Assembly (NCBI GenBank): GCA_947366105.1
Contig: CANAZK010000001.1
Location: 1 to 58,206 of the forward strand
Origin: an uncultured Lachnospiraceae bacterium
GTDB taxonomy: Bacteria; Bacillota; Clostridia; Lachnospirales; Lachnospiraceae
DNA length: 58,206 nucleotides
Direction of reading: 5' to 3'
The position numbers were made by a program, and so were the translations under genes. Positions 39,601 through 50,137 of the stretch are shown in pieces; the first letter of the stretch is position 1; each line of letters begins with the position of its first letter. The notes under the pieces are model-generated. The model saw only the letters and a list, made by a program, of their open reading frames with translations. It had not been told where the DNA came from and did not search any database.

Positions 39601-40908
39601 TTATACCAAAAGCATTTTTACAGCTTCCAACAAATTTTTCGATTGTTTATCTGCGCTGATATCATACCTTTTATCTTGTCCCGCTTCTCCTGTATGCACT
39701 AATACAGTGGTTAATCCAGCGTTTATCCCTGTCTGTATATCAACAGTAGTATCCCCTATCATATAAGATTGTTTAACATCTATATTATACTTACTTACCA
39801 TACTGTCTATCATTCCGGTTTTAGGCTTTCTACATTCACAATCTATTTTAAATTTGACATTTTCCTCTGCATATCCTTTATCCGGATGATGCGGACAAAA
39901 AATTATGTCATCTAAATAAACTCCTTCGTTCCCTAATAAAGTAGTCATTTTTCTATGTATTTTTTCTACATCTTCTAACTCACACATTCCCCGTGCTACT
40001 ACTGGTTGATTGGTTACAACAATTGCTAAGTACTCTGATTGATTAATAGCTTTTAAAGCCTGTATTGTTCCCTCCTCCAGCTCAAACTCTTCTTCATCTG
40101 CCAGTAAACCTTTATAAACATTCAAGGTACCATCTCTATCTAAAAATATACACTTCTGTTTGTTTGCTAAATTTCTCTTTTCTGGAATATTATTTAAAAA
40201 AGCTTTCTCCACTTCATAAAATCGTTTTACAGTTCCTGCATCTTTCACATACTCTGTCGTGTAATATCCATAAAGGACACCCTTCCCTGCATATTTAATA
40301 AGTATATCTTTTTCTAAATCTAGTTTACACAATTTTCCCATCTCAAAAACAATTTTTTTAGAAAGAATATATACTCCCGCATTTACACAGTTTTTATACC
40401 ATCTTTCTCTTTTTTGCCCTTTTAACAGAAAATTCTCTACTTGCGATTTACTATTCAGCGCCACCAAATCCGAATCAAACGGATGTGTATTAGGATGCAC
40501 AAGTAACGTTGCATAAGCCTTACTTTGTATATGAAAGTCCTCCATCCTATTCCAATTAATATTGAACATAACATCTCCATATATTAGAATAAAATCATCT
40601 CCAATATTTTTTTCCTTTAAAAAATATAAACTCCCTCCTGAACCCAATGGGTTACTCTCTTCTATATACTCAATGGACACACCCAACTTCTCCCCGTCTC
40701 CAAAACATCTCTTTATTTCATATCCCAAATATCCTACAATAATAATTATCTTTTCCACACCATATCTTTTTAGATTTTCTATCTGCCATTCTAATATTGA
40801 CTTTCCTGCTATCTTAATTAACGGTTTTGGAATTTCATCTTTAGTTAACTCTATAAGTCTTGTCCCCTTACCACCCGCTTGAATAACCGCCGTACGAATT
40901 TTTCTCAT
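39601..40908 (-). CDS. Fused heptose-1-phosphate nucleotidyltransferase (HddC-like) + heptose-bisphosphate phosphatase (GmhB)
   Basis: N-terminal AGGKGTRL..PKP; C-terminal HAD FLDRDGTLN, VTNQ, CPHH, C.CRKP, IGD. Confidence 0.9.
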   Translation of the reverse strand: MRKIRTAVIQAGGKGTRLIELTKDEIPKPLIKIAGKSILEWQIENLKRYGVEKIIIIVGYLGYEIKRCFGDGEKLGVSIEYIEESNPLGSGGSLYFLKEKNIGDDFILIYGDVMFNINWNRMEDFHIQSKAYATLLVHPNTHPFDSDLVALNSKSQVENFLLKGQKRERWYKNCVNAGVYILSKKIVFEMGKLCKLDLEKDILIKYAGKGVLYGYYTTEYVKDAGTVKRFYEVEKAFLNNIPEKRNLANKQKCIFLDRDGTLNVYKGLLADEEEFELEEGTIQALKAINQSEYLAIVVTNQPVVARGMCELEDVEKIHRKMTTLLGNEGVYLDDIIFCPHHPDKGYAEENVKFKIDCECRKPKTGMIDSMVSKYNIDVKQSYMIGDTTVDIQTGINAGLTTVLVHTGEAGQDKRYDISADKQSKNLLEAVKMLLV

Positions 40909-40910
40909 TT

Positions 40911-41858
40911 TTATTTCCTCTCTTTTACGACCTCTTGTATCGTTTTTTTCACGGCCTCATCGGATGAATATTTTGCCTCCCAGCCAGCCATATGAATTTT
41001 ATCAAGGCAATATGAGAATCGCGGAACATCACCTTTCCAACCGCCTTCTCCACCTGTATATTGATAAACTACATCATTCAGTCGCATTTCTTCGCATAAA
41101 AAATCCGCTATTTTTGTAACACAAGTTTCACCTTCTACACCTATATTATAAATTTCAGTACCTTGCTTTCCTATATTCATAAATTGCATTATAGCATCAA
41201 CAAGATCTGACACATAAATGTATGGCTTTGACTGTCTGCCGTCTCCTAATATTCTCAATTCAGTATTATTTTTATTCAATTTATCAATAAAGTCAAAAAT
41301 CACACCATGTGTCAATCGTGGACCGATTACATTAGGAAAACGAAAAATTAATGAAGACATATCATTCATATAGGTATATGCACTTATTAATGCTTCGCTT
41401 CCAAGTTTAGCTGCACCATAATAAGAAATCGGCGAAAGTCCCGGAGTATTCTCACTCAAATCAGTATCTCTTTTATCTCCATAAACTGCAGATGTCGAAG
41501 CAAAAAATAAATTTTTAATACTATATTTCTTCATAAAATATAATATATTAAAAGTTGTAGTATATGTATTTCTATATTCTACTTCAGGCTTTTCACTACT
41601 TGCTTGTATATCTGAATTTGCCGCCAAATGAAACACATAATCTATTTTTTCTTTAGAAAAAATAGATTCCAAATCCTCAGGTACAGCAGCATCTAATTGA
41701 TAAAATGTAAAATTTTTTTGTAATAATAAATGTGAAATATTCTGAGCTGTTCCAAGTGAAAGATTATCCATACAAGCTACGCTATGTCCATCTCTTAATA
41801 ATGCATCACATAAATGACTGCCTATAAATCCTGCCCCGCCAACTATTAATGTTCTCAT
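40911..41858 (-). CDS. NAD-dependent nucleotide-sugar epimerase (GalE-like) within the heptose cluster
   Basis: GGAGFIGSH, ASTSAVYG, YGAAK, GWKGDVP; GGAGG RBS before ATG 41858. Confidence 0.88.
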   Translation of the reverse strand: MRTLIVGGAGFIGSHLCDALLRDGHSVACMDNLSLGTAQNISHLLLQKNFTFYQLDAAVPEDLESIFSKEKIDYVFHLAANSDIQASSEKPEVEYRNTYTTTFNILYFMKKYSIKNLFFASTSAVYGDKRDTDLSENTPGLSPISYYGAAKLGSEALISAYTYMNDMSSLIFRFPNVIGPRLTHGVIFDFIDKLNKNNTELRILGDGRQSKPYIYVSDLVDAIMQFMNIGKQGTEIYNIGVEGETCVTKIADFLCEEMRLNDVVYQYTGGEGGWKGDVPRFSYCLDKIHMAGWEAKYSSDEAVKKTIQEVVKERK

Positions 41859-41872
41859 ACTGTTTCCTCCGG

Positions 41873-42859
41873 TTAACTCCAATACTTATCTCCAATATAC
41901 ACGACGGAACTGCCGCCATGCTCAAATTTAAAGTCGAAAGAATTCAACCTTAAACTAACTTTTAAATGTTCCTGTTTTTCCTGCGGACAATAAAATAATA
42001 AAAATCCACCGCCGCCTGCACCTAATAACTTTCCTCCCAAAGCGCCGTTTTCCATTGCAATATTATATAATTCATTAATCTTATAATTTGTAATGCCTCC
42101 GGCAAGCTCCTTTTTTCTCAACCATCCCTCATTCAAGATTCTGCCAAAATCATCTAACTGGTTATTTTCCAATGAATGTTTCATTTCTTTAGCCAAATTA
42201 CACATCTCTTTTAAATTACTGATTTTATCCTTCTGTAAAATATTACTTTTCTGTTCTGCTAATATTTCATTGGCATTATGAGTCATTCCTGTATAAAACA
42301 TTATTAAATTATTTTGCAATTCCTTTATTGTTTGGGCTGATGCAATTATAGGCTCAACCGAAACTGTATCATCCTGATGAAAAGATATAAAATTCAGTCC
42401 TCCGTACGCCACTGCATACTGATCCTGCTTTCCAATTGGATTTCCTATTTTCTCAATCTCTATTTTACATGCTTCTGCCGCCAGTTCCTCTTTAGACACA
42501 TATTTACCAAGATAACAATATATAGTGTGCAATAATCCCACAGTAAATGCGCTGGATGAACCTAAGCCTGTCCCACTAGGTATATCCGCCGTACTGCTTA
42601 TTTCGACACCATCAATCTTTTTTTCATTTAATACACATCTAAAAATAGAATGGTCAATATCCAAAATTCTATCTACAATCTCATTCTTTGAATACTTTAA
42701 CGCCGTCTTATTCGCATCGAAATATGGATGAACAGTTAAATACATATAACGATTAATCGTTGTACTGAGCACACAGCCGCCATATTGCCTGTAAAAATCA
42801 GCCATATCACTCCCGCCGCCACAGAAACTTACACGAAATGGAGTCTTAGTTATAATCAT
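41873..42859 (-). CDS. hddA: D-glycero-D-manno-heptose-7-phosphate kinase (GHMP family)
   Basis: TPFRVSF.GGGSD, GTGLGSSS, GKQDQY, GGKLLGAGGGG. Confidence 0.9.
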   Translation of the reverse strand: MIITKTPFRVSFCGGGSDMADFYRQYGGCVLSTTINRYMYLTVHPYFDANKTALKYSKNEIVDRILDIDHSIFRCVLNEKKIDGVEISSTADIPSGTGLGSSSAFTVGLLHTIYCYLGKYVSKEELAAEACKIEIEKIGNPIGKQDQYAVAYGGLNFISFHQDDTVSVEPIIASAQTIKELQNNLIMFYTGMTHNANEILAEQKSNILQKDKISNLKEMCNLAKEMKHSLENNQLDDFGRILNEGWLRKKELAGGITNYKINELYNIAMENGALGGKLLGAGGGGFLLFYCPQEKQEHLKVSLRLNSFDFKFEHGGSSVVYIGDKYWS

Positions 42860-42905
42860 TTTTCCGCCTCACTAATATTATATTAAAATTTTTTGCTATT
42901 AAATG

Positions 42906-44201
42906 TTAAATCCGTTCTACCAATTTTAAACTTTCTCTAATTACTTTATCCATGTTCCAATACTCAAAATTACCAAACCGACCATTTAACCAAATACCTT
43001 CTTCTGCAAAATATTCCCTGATTTTATCCATATTTGATTTATGATTCAAGTCATAAATCACGTATGCATACTGATGCCTGGTCAAATTAATCAATGAAAT
43101 ATCCTCAGATTTTGCAGCAAAATTTATCGCTTTCAACCCTTCTGCAATTTTTTCAAAAATTGTAGAATCCGACATTTCATCATATCGATCTCCCGGTCTA
43201 TATGTAATTTCAACCATATAAGTTGCACCGTCATGAGTATATTCTTCCCCTAAAAAATCCATTTTTGAAATTCTATGAAATATTACATTCTGATCGGGAA
43301 TCATAAATGCAAAATGTTTTCCACATAAATCCTCTTTTGTCTTAATGAAAGCAATCATTATTGAATTATATTTTAAATCCGAAACAGCCTCTTTTATACT
43401 TTGTTTATTCACATCATATGCTTGTACCAACTCTTGTACAGGAATGGTTGAAATACAAATATCCCCCCTAAACTCCCGCTTATCGGTCAAAATATGAAAG
43501 CCATTATTCTGTATTACTTTTTCTACCGTTTGATTTGTATAAATCTTACATTTTTCATTAAGTTTTTTCTCAAATCCTCTTACTACCGCTTCTATACCAC
43601 CTACTTTAGGAAAACTAAAATATAATTGGTGCAAATAACCTTCCACCGTCTCTCCATGGGCGCTTCTCATAAACTCTTCGTTTGTCGGTTTAGGAATTCT
43701 TTCTACCATTTGCGTATCCATAAATACGGGATCATATTTCCAAATTTTTTCGTTATACGGACGCAAATATGTATTTGTAACCCCTTCCCCAAAAGTTTTC
43801 AGAAAAAATTGCAGCATATTAGCAGCAGCATAATTCTCATATGGATTCTTTTCAAATGTATTGATACAATACTCTAAATCCTCCTTTGGGAGCTTTGATA
43901 AATCATTTTCAAACGGATATTGAACATACTTCCCTTTATATATAATTTGATTAGAACGTCTGCAGTTATTCACATTATTTTCCAGCACATCTAACATGAG
44001 CTGTAATATTTCTTTATCTTTCGAGAATAATATATGTGGTCCAATATCATATACATATTTTCCTACATGAAAACTGCGGCATAATCCTCCTGTTGTCTCT
44101 TCTTTCTCTAAAATTATTATTTCATCAATATCCTGCCTGTCCTGTAAAAAATACGCCGTACTTATAGCTGCTAATCCACCGCCCAATATAATTACTTTCA
44201 T
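42906..44201 (-). CDS. FAD-dependent oxidoreductase, pyranose-mutase/HemY-like
   Basis: ILGGGLA, EKE...GGLCRS, DIGPHILFS, PYNEKIWK, GRFGNFEYWNMD. Confidence 0.75.
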   Translation of the reverse strand: MKVIILGGGLAAISTAYFLQDRQDIDEIIILEKEETTGGLCRSFHVGKYVYDIGPHILFSKDKEILQLMLDVLENNVNNCRRSNQIIYKGKYVQYPFENDLSKLPKEDLEYCINTFEKNPYENYAAANMLQFFLKTFGEGVTNTYLRPYNEKIWKYDPVFMDTQMVERIPKPTNEEFMRSAHGETVEGYLHQLYFSFPKVGGIEAVVRGFEKKLNEKCKIYTNQTVEKVIQNNGFHILTDKREFRGDICISTIPVQELVQAYDVNKQSIKEAVSDLKYNSIMIAFIKTKEDLCGKHFAFMIPDQNVIFHRISKMDFLGEEYTHDGATYMVEITYRPGDRYDEMSDSTIFEKIAEGLKAINFAAKSEDISLINLTRHQYAYVIYDLNHKSNMDKIREYFAEEGIWLNGRFGNFEYWNMDKVIRESLKLVERI

Positions 44202-44215
44202 TAATTATAATCCTC

Positions 44216-45667
44216 CTAAATATCTTCCTTTGCCCATATGGTAAATCCCATTGGAATTCTCATTCCTTCAATCTCATCTACCTCTATCACCTGCTCCTCG
44301 GACAATGCAGAAAGCAACATTGGATCTGCAATCAACCGTTTACATCTATTTTGAATTAAAAAATATCTATTATCCTGTTTTATATAACTTCCCTCAGAAT
44401 ATTTTTTCTCTAGATCTTTTGGTAATTGTGTAAAGTCAATTCCACATCCATCTACAAAGCCTGTGCTAATCGGATCAAACCTGTTATATTCAATTCTATT
44501 TTCATATATGTCATATAACATTTGCTCCCGAACATCTATTGCTTTTTCCCATGAAAATCCTTTCGCAGTTTCCATGCCTTCCCTTGCAAGCTTTACCCTT
44601 AGATCCGGCGCTTCAATCAACTCTTTAATTGCTCTATACATTGCTGTAATATCCCGCGGCGGTACACAAATACTATTTCTTCCATTAAAGCAATAATCCT
44701 CAGTTCCGTATATCGTTGTTACTACCGCTGTTCCTGATGCCATCGCTTCTAACGGCGGCAAAGGAAAAGATTCATACCACGAAGCGCTTACAGCTATATC
44801 CGATGCAGCGTAAAGCCTACCTAATTCCTTAAATGACAATCCCGTATGAATATAATACGGCGCTATTTTATTATCACTCTTTATTCTGCTATGCTCTTTT
44901 CCAAAAGCATGCCATTCAATTTTTCCCGGAAATTCCTCATACAATTTTGCCATTACCTGTGCAATATCTGCAAATCCTTTCCATTCCCGTTCATCGCAAT
45001 ATGATAAAATACGTATCACACCATCTTTTTCACTCCACTTATTTGTTGGAGAAAATTCATTTATATCTATTGCATTAAGCGAAAATGGTACTTTTTGACC
45101 ATATTTCTCATAAATTTGTCTTTGTAACCAAGAAGAATTTGCTATCTTGTACATAGGAAGTTCATATGTATTTCGTATGGAAAGTAATTTTAGAACACGA
45201 TTAAAATCATGTCTTTCAAATACTTCTTCATAATGCTGCATAAAGTAAACAGGTTTTCCTTTTCTACTAAAATAAACGGCAAATGCAGATAACCATACCG
45301 TCGCAATATTAATATCACAATCAGGAAAACCTCCTATTAAAGACAGTACAATTGCAAGCTCCTCTATTTCCCCCGGATACCCTGCCCGTATTTTTCTTTG
45401 TCTATCCCCGCCAAAATCTAATAAAAATTCCTTTACTTTCTCCAAGTTACTGCGATATTCCCTGTCATCTGTTATTATATACTCTCCTTTAAAGTCAAAC
45501 CAAGGGAATGGTATACCTTCTTTACGCCAGTCATCCGGCCAAAAAGACATTGGATATGTTGTTATAGTTACCTTATGGCCTCTTTTTAATAACCCATTTG
45601 CATATTCCATAATTGCCAATGGACCACCTGCTAATCTTGCAGGCGGCAAACAAAAATTAATTCTCAT
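44216..45667 (-). CDS. GT-B (GT4-like) glycosyltransferase
   Basis: GG...IMEYAN.L..GH.V, ATVW.SA, YFMQHYE, ESFPLPPLEAMASG; start 45667 or 45682. Confidence 0.88.
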   Translation of the reverse strand: MRINFCLPPARLAGGPLAIMEYANGLLKRGHKVTITTYPMSFWPDDWRKEGIPFPWFDFKGEYIITDDREYRSNLEKVKEFLLDFGGDRQRKIRAGYPGEIEELAIVLSLIGGFPDCDINIATVWLSAFAVYFSRKGKPVYFMQHYEEVFERHDFNRVLKLLSIRNTYELPMYKIANSSWLQRQIYEKYGQKVPFSLNAIDINEFSPTNKWSEKDGVIRILSYCDEREWKGFADIAQVMAKLYEEFPGKIEWHAFGKEHSRIKSDNKIAPYYIHTGLSFKELGRLYAASDIAVSASWYESFPLPPLEAMASGTAVVTTIYGTEDYCFNGRNSICVPPRDITAMYRAIKELIEAPDLRVKLAREGMETAKGFSWEKAIDVREQMLYDIYENRIEYNRFDPISTGFVDGCGIDFTQLPKDLEKKYSEGSYIKQDNRYFLIQNRCKRLIADPMLLSALSEEQVIEVDEIEGMRIPMGFTIWAKEDI

Positions 45668-46961
45668 ATTTCTCATCTCCAATCACATTTATAATCTCTT
45701 CCAAAGATAATATCGGAACATTATATTGTTTTCGTAATTGCTCTTTAACTTCATCAAAATATTCATATATACTGACTAAAACCATATCTAACTCTATATC
45801 AGTTTTTCCTTCATAATGTTCTATTTCCAACCCATGAAATTCTGTTACATTTTTATCTATTGCCAAAACAATCTCTACATCACTATTTAAGAGTTCATAA
45901 TAAAGCATATTTCCCCATTTCCCTAAACCATACAATGCAATTTTATGATATCCTCTTCTGCTTAACTCTTTTCCTATAATCGAATCCGTATACTTAGCCT
46001 TCCATAGTAACTGCTTCTCCAATAATCGAATCCGCCTATCCGATAATGCAACCCGTTTAATCCATTCGTCTAAAATCATAGAATTTTTAATAGTATTCTG
46101 CGCAAGCGTATTTTTCTCCAAAAACTCTTCAAAATACTTTATCAAAGGATGCTGCACAGCACATTGCCGTAAAAAATTATCCCGTAAATTATTTACATCT
46201 AATGGCAAATTACAATTATTTAATATATCTCTGAAATGATGATCAACATAGTCTTGTTCTAAAATATCCCAATACTTTTTTAAAAAATAAATTTTGGCAT
46301 TTATATATCGATGCGTATCTATACTAATACTATTTGTCTGCAAATAATTAATACTTAAACATTCCTCATCATATAAAGCTCTATAATGAAAAACATTTAA
46401 TATTCTAAAAAACATTTCCCAATCCTGCAATCTTGGCATTTTAATATCAAACCCACCAACAATACGCAGACATTCTTTTTTTACTAACGCAGTATTTGTG
46501 TCAATAATATTATATTCAAACATAATTTCATTTAATTTTTGAATATCGGTGTCCTCGTCTGGAAAAACAAATGTCTGATGATTTTCATGTATTTCCTGTG
46601 GATGAAACGCAAATCCCACATTATCAGGTGAATTTTTCAACATCGCAACCTGTTTTTCCAATTTTGTATTTTTCCATATATTATCACTATCTAAAAAGGA
46701 AATATATTGTCCTCTGGCCTTAGCAATACCCAAATTTCTGCTATAATTAGCCCCTCTATTCTCTTCATTTTGTGTGTAAAAAATTCTATCGCACAAAAAT
46801 GGATCAATAACCTTTTCTGTATCGTCACTAGATCCATCATCTACTATAATTAGTTCCCATTCATGAAATGTTTGTTCCAAAACACTTCTAATTGCATTTT
46901 CTATAATATAGGCTCTGTTATAAGTCGGCATTATTATAGAAACCTCTATTTGTTTTTCCAT
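45657..46961 (-). CDS. GT2 glycosyltransferase with C-terminal Rossmann-like module
   Basis: VSIIMPTYNR, VDDGSSD, SRN.G, FLDSD, QDWE; C-terminal IALYGLG..G. Confidence 0.92.
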   Translation of the reverse strand: MEKQIEVSIIMPTYNRAYIIENAIRSVLEQTFHEWELIIVDDGSSDDTEKVIDPFLCDRIFYTQNEENRGANYSRNLGIAKARGQYISFLDSDNIWKNTKLEKQVAMLKNSPDNVGFAFHPQEIHENHQTFVFPDEDTDIQKLNEIMFEYNIIDTNTALVKKECLRIVGGFDIKMPRLQDWEMFFRILNVFHYRALYDEECLSINYLQTNSISIDTHRYINAKIYFLKKYWDILEQDYVDHHFRDILNNCNLPLDVNNLRDNFLRQCAVQHPLIKYFEEFLEKNTLAQNTIKNSMILDEWIKRVALSDRRIRLLEKQLLWKAKYTDSIIGKELSRRGYHKIALYGLGKWGNMLYYELLNSDVEIVLAIDKNVTEFHGLEIEHYEGKTDIELDMVLVSIYEYFDEVKEQLRKQYNVPILSLEEIINVIGDEKYEN

Positions 46962-47009
46962 ACTAATACAATATCTCCTACATTTGTCAGCGCTGCTTTA
47001 ATATCTATA

Positions 47010-48983
47010 TTACGGATAAAAAATATTGCTCTCACTTATTCTACCAAGCAGAAGCGGCAAAACTTGTCTGGTATTATCTGTATTCAAACCTAATACCACA
47101 GCGCTTTCATCATTCAATGAAACTTCATCCAACACGCACACTGGAACATTATCTATTTTTTCCGGATTTTTCCCTTTTGCAGATACAATAAAAGCTGAGA
47201 TTTTTATATGCTCCTCTTTCAATATTTTATATATGCATTTAGCATTTATTCCGGCGCCATAAATAAAAATCTTTTCATATTGTCCCAGTTTATGGCAAAG
47301 TCCCCATACCCGAATCCGGTTTCTATAATCTTGGTAATTATTTATTTTTGAACCGTTTTTAAAAATAATTTGCTCTTTCAAAAAAATATCAGAAAACAAA
47401 GAATTCTTTAAACCTACTTCCGCCCATCCATAAGTTGTAAAATATTCCGAAAAATAACCCTCCACTTGACAAAATTGAGCAAGCCAAATAAACAGGCTTT
47501 CTGACAACAGTCCCTTTTCCTTAAATCTCTCATACAAATTTTTCAACACGGAACAACGAATCCAAACTCCATTTTCTACTTTTATTTTCTTAAACTGATC
47601 CGGATCTATTGTCCCCATTCCTAATGCCTTCTGCAATACTTCCGGTTTTATCCGATTAGCATCAGCATTTTCCTTCGCCCAATACTGTGCATGTTTCGCT
47701 GGAAACGACATAAGAAGTCCAAGCTGTTCATTTGATTCAAACTCATTAAGTATTCTGGTAATATAGTACAAATTAGAAAACATTGTCTCAGCATATAACA
47801 TAATATATGATATATACGCGGCAGACTTCTCCGATTTCTCATCTATCATATCGTCATGCAGATATGCCACTATTTTTTCGTCCGGTATTTTATTAATTAC
47901 ATAAGACCATGCATTATATTTGTTAGCTGTCTTTTCCAAACTGCACACAACGGCAAATTTCTCTTCTATAGCCTGTGTATATATTTCCTCACTATTGGTA
48001 ATAATTTTTAAATCTGCTTTATTAACCAATAAAGAAATAATTTTTTCCCAATAATAAAAAGTTTTCACATTTTCAATAAATATAATTACTGACGCCGACC
48101 TCATATTAACCGGTATATTTTCTTCTGTACTTATAATTTTAAATAAATTTGCACTGAATATAAGCCGATCTATACTATGCTTTCTTAATAGATGCTCCAT
48201 TATCCAGCTCTTCCTATACCCAAATTCATTTTGAACATACTCAAATGCATTCCCAAGCTCCTCCTGCATCGTATTATCAATATCCAATGACAAAAAAGGT
48301 TTGACCTTAAGGAAAGGCATTTTATGATATTTAATTAACGTATATGGCAAGAACCAGTAATGATTGTAATTATTTTTTTCTGTTGAATTAAGTATTTCAT
48401 CATCTACCAATACAGAATATTTATATCCTTTTTCCTCAAAAAAAGCTGTAAGTCTGTTTTCAAACTTTTTACAACAATCCAAAAAGTCTTTTGGGGTTCC
48501 TATTGATTCCCAAAAATCTTTGAAATCATGACTTTCGAATACCCTTTTTCTAAAAGCAATAAAATACGACTGAATATTTCTCGGAATCATTCCATATCCT
48601 AAATTTGCTTCTTCTTGAAGCGTTATTCCCCAAAAATCAATATTCCTCTGCTGCATTATATCAAATATCTTTTGTGAGGAATAAAATGGACCGAAAAAAG
48701 TATCATTCATAAAAATAACCTCATCATACAATTTCATTCTTTCCAATCCAAAATATTCAAATATGGCAGCTTTATACGCCCCAGCATCATATCCTTTATT
48801 TTCTCTGAAAAATATATCGGTAGAATATTTTTCAAATATCCTTCTGCCTTTTGAACTACATTCCCCGTTAATTATAATCACTATTTTTTCTACACTTTTT
48901 GAAAAATCATTCAGTAAATAATCTATATATGTATCTACAATTCCATCTTTATCATAAAAAACAAAAAATAAAAGTCGCTTCAA
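47010..48983 (-). CDS. RgpF-family glycosyltransferase, copy 2
   Basis: Colinear paralog of 32778-34760; probable TTG start at 48983 overlapping the GNAT stop (ORF track 49019). Confidence 0.85.
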   Translation of the reverse strand: MKRLLFFVFYDKDGIVDTYIDYLLNDFSKSVEKIVIIINGECSSKGRRIFEKYSTDIFFRENKGYDAGAYKAAIFEYFGLERMKLYDEVIFMNDTFFGPFYSSQKIFDIMQQRNIDFWGITLQEEANLGYGMIPRNIQSYFIAFRKRVFESHDFKDFWESIGTPKDFLDCCKKFENRLTAFFEEKGYKYSVLVDDEILNSTEKNNYNHYWFLPYTLIKYHKMPFLKVKPFLSLDIDNTMQEELGNAFEYVQNEFGYRKSWIMEHLLRKHSIDRLIFSANLFKIISTEENIPVNMRSASVIIFIENVKTFYYWEKIISLLVNKADLKIITNSEEIYTQAIEEKFAVVCSLEKTANKYNAWSYVINKIPDEKIVAYLHDDMIDEKSEKSAAYISYIMLYAETMFSNLYYITRILNEFESNEQLGLLMSFPAKHAQYWAKENADANRIKPEVLQKALGMGTIDPDQFKKIKVENGVWIRCSVLKNLYERFKEKGLLSESLFIWLAQFCQVEGYFSEYFTTYGWAEVGLKNSLFSDIFLKEQIIFKNGSKINNYQDYRNRIRVWGLCHKLGQYEKIFIYGAGINAKCIYKILKEEHIKISAFIVSAKGKNPEKIDNVPVCVLDEVSLNDESAVVLGLNTDNTRQVLPLLLGRISESNIFYP

Positions 48984-49432
48984 ATTATCACCCCACATTT
49001 CAAATACATCCTGCACCATCGTTCTTGTATATCTTTTATTTCAAAACCCATGGACTGGTAAAATAAAATTGCTGCATGATTACACACATACACTTCTAAT
49101 CCCAGCTTCTCTAAGCCACGTCTGCCGGCCTCGTCTATCACACTTGTCATCAGCATTTTCCCAACACCCATTCTTTGCGCCTGTTCTATCACCCCAAAAG
49201 AAGATATATATCCTGTTTTCTCATTCATATATACTGCACAGTTTGCTATATCCTCTCTATTATGAGTGATATAAAATAGCTCTGCCAAAGAACATAATTT
49301 TTCTGCATATTTTTCTATGTCTGTCCTGTCTGAGATCTTAGGGTTCATAATCTCATCCAGTTTTTCCAGTATATATAATAATCTTTTTTTATCTCCCGGA
49401 GGTGAATACTGTTCCACAACCCAATCTCTCAT
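48980..49432 (-). CDS. GNAT-family N-acetyltransferase
   Basis: V...AQRMGVGK.L acetyl-CoA motif; LEV...N..AI.FYQSMGF. Confidence 0.88.
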   Translation of the reverse strand: MRDWVVEQYSPPGDKKRLLYILEKLDEIMNPKISDRTDIEKYAEKLCSLAELFYITHNREDIANCAVYMNEKTGYISSFGVIEQAQRMGVGKMLMTSVIDEAGRRGLEKLGLEVYVCNHAAILFYQSMGFEIKDIQERWCRMYLKCGVII

Positions 49433-50136
49433 AATAATGTATACCTGTTTAACATTCTCTTTGTTTCTTCAACACTATTGAACATAAGAACATCTAATAT
49501 GGATAATCCCGCAACAAATTCATTTTCCCACTGTTTATATACAATGTGATCCATTTTAATAAACTGCAGCTTTATATTCTCTTTCTCAAAATGCTTTTTA
49601 TCATACAATTCCATTCCTCCTATGGAATTAATATAACAGTCTGCATTTAACTTTCTGCACAATGCAAGCACTTTTTTTTCACCTTTTAATGTTCTATGCT
49701 CTATATCCACTGCTGAGGAAACTATAATTTCCGTATCTAGCTCTAGATATGACAGGATTTTATGAATGGAAAAAAATATAAATTCAAATAAATTACTATT
49801 TTCAAAATCCAAACATTCACAGAACAATTCAAATGTTTCTCTAAAATAGGGAGCCTTTTGATAGGCTGCCCTGATTTGATTTTTCAGTTTTTCTTTATTA
49901 AAATCCTCTGCAACTTTTCTGCAGCGTACATCCAAAAAATCCGAGTCTTTCGCTAGTGGAACAGTAAAGTATTTATCTTTCCCCTCACACAGATATCGGT
50001 TTCTATTAAACCAGCCTTTTTTTGTATACTGAATATTATCATAAACTACAAACTTATCAACTGCATTGATTAGTTGAAAATATCCCAGGTATGGGAAAAA
50101 ATAAGGCTGCATAATTCCCAGTTTCATCTCTCTCAC
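49429..50136 (-). CDS. WbqC-like protein (putative glycyltransferase)
   Basis: IMQPYFFPYLGYFQLI..VD.FV.YD..QY.K.GW.NRN; LSILD.L. Confidence 0.9.
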   Translation of the reverse strand: MREMKLGIMQPYFFPYLGYFQLINAVDKFVVYDNIQYTKKGWFNRNRYLCEGKDKYFTVPLAKDSDFLDVRCRKVAEDFNKEKLKNQIRAAYQKAPYFRETFELFCECLDFENSNLFEFIFFSIHKILSYLELDTEIIVSSAVDIEHRTLKGEKKVLALCRKLNADCYINSIGGMELYDKKHFEKENIKLQFIKMDHIVYKQWENEFVAGLSILDVLMFNSVEETKRMLNRYTLL

Positions 50137-50137
50137 C

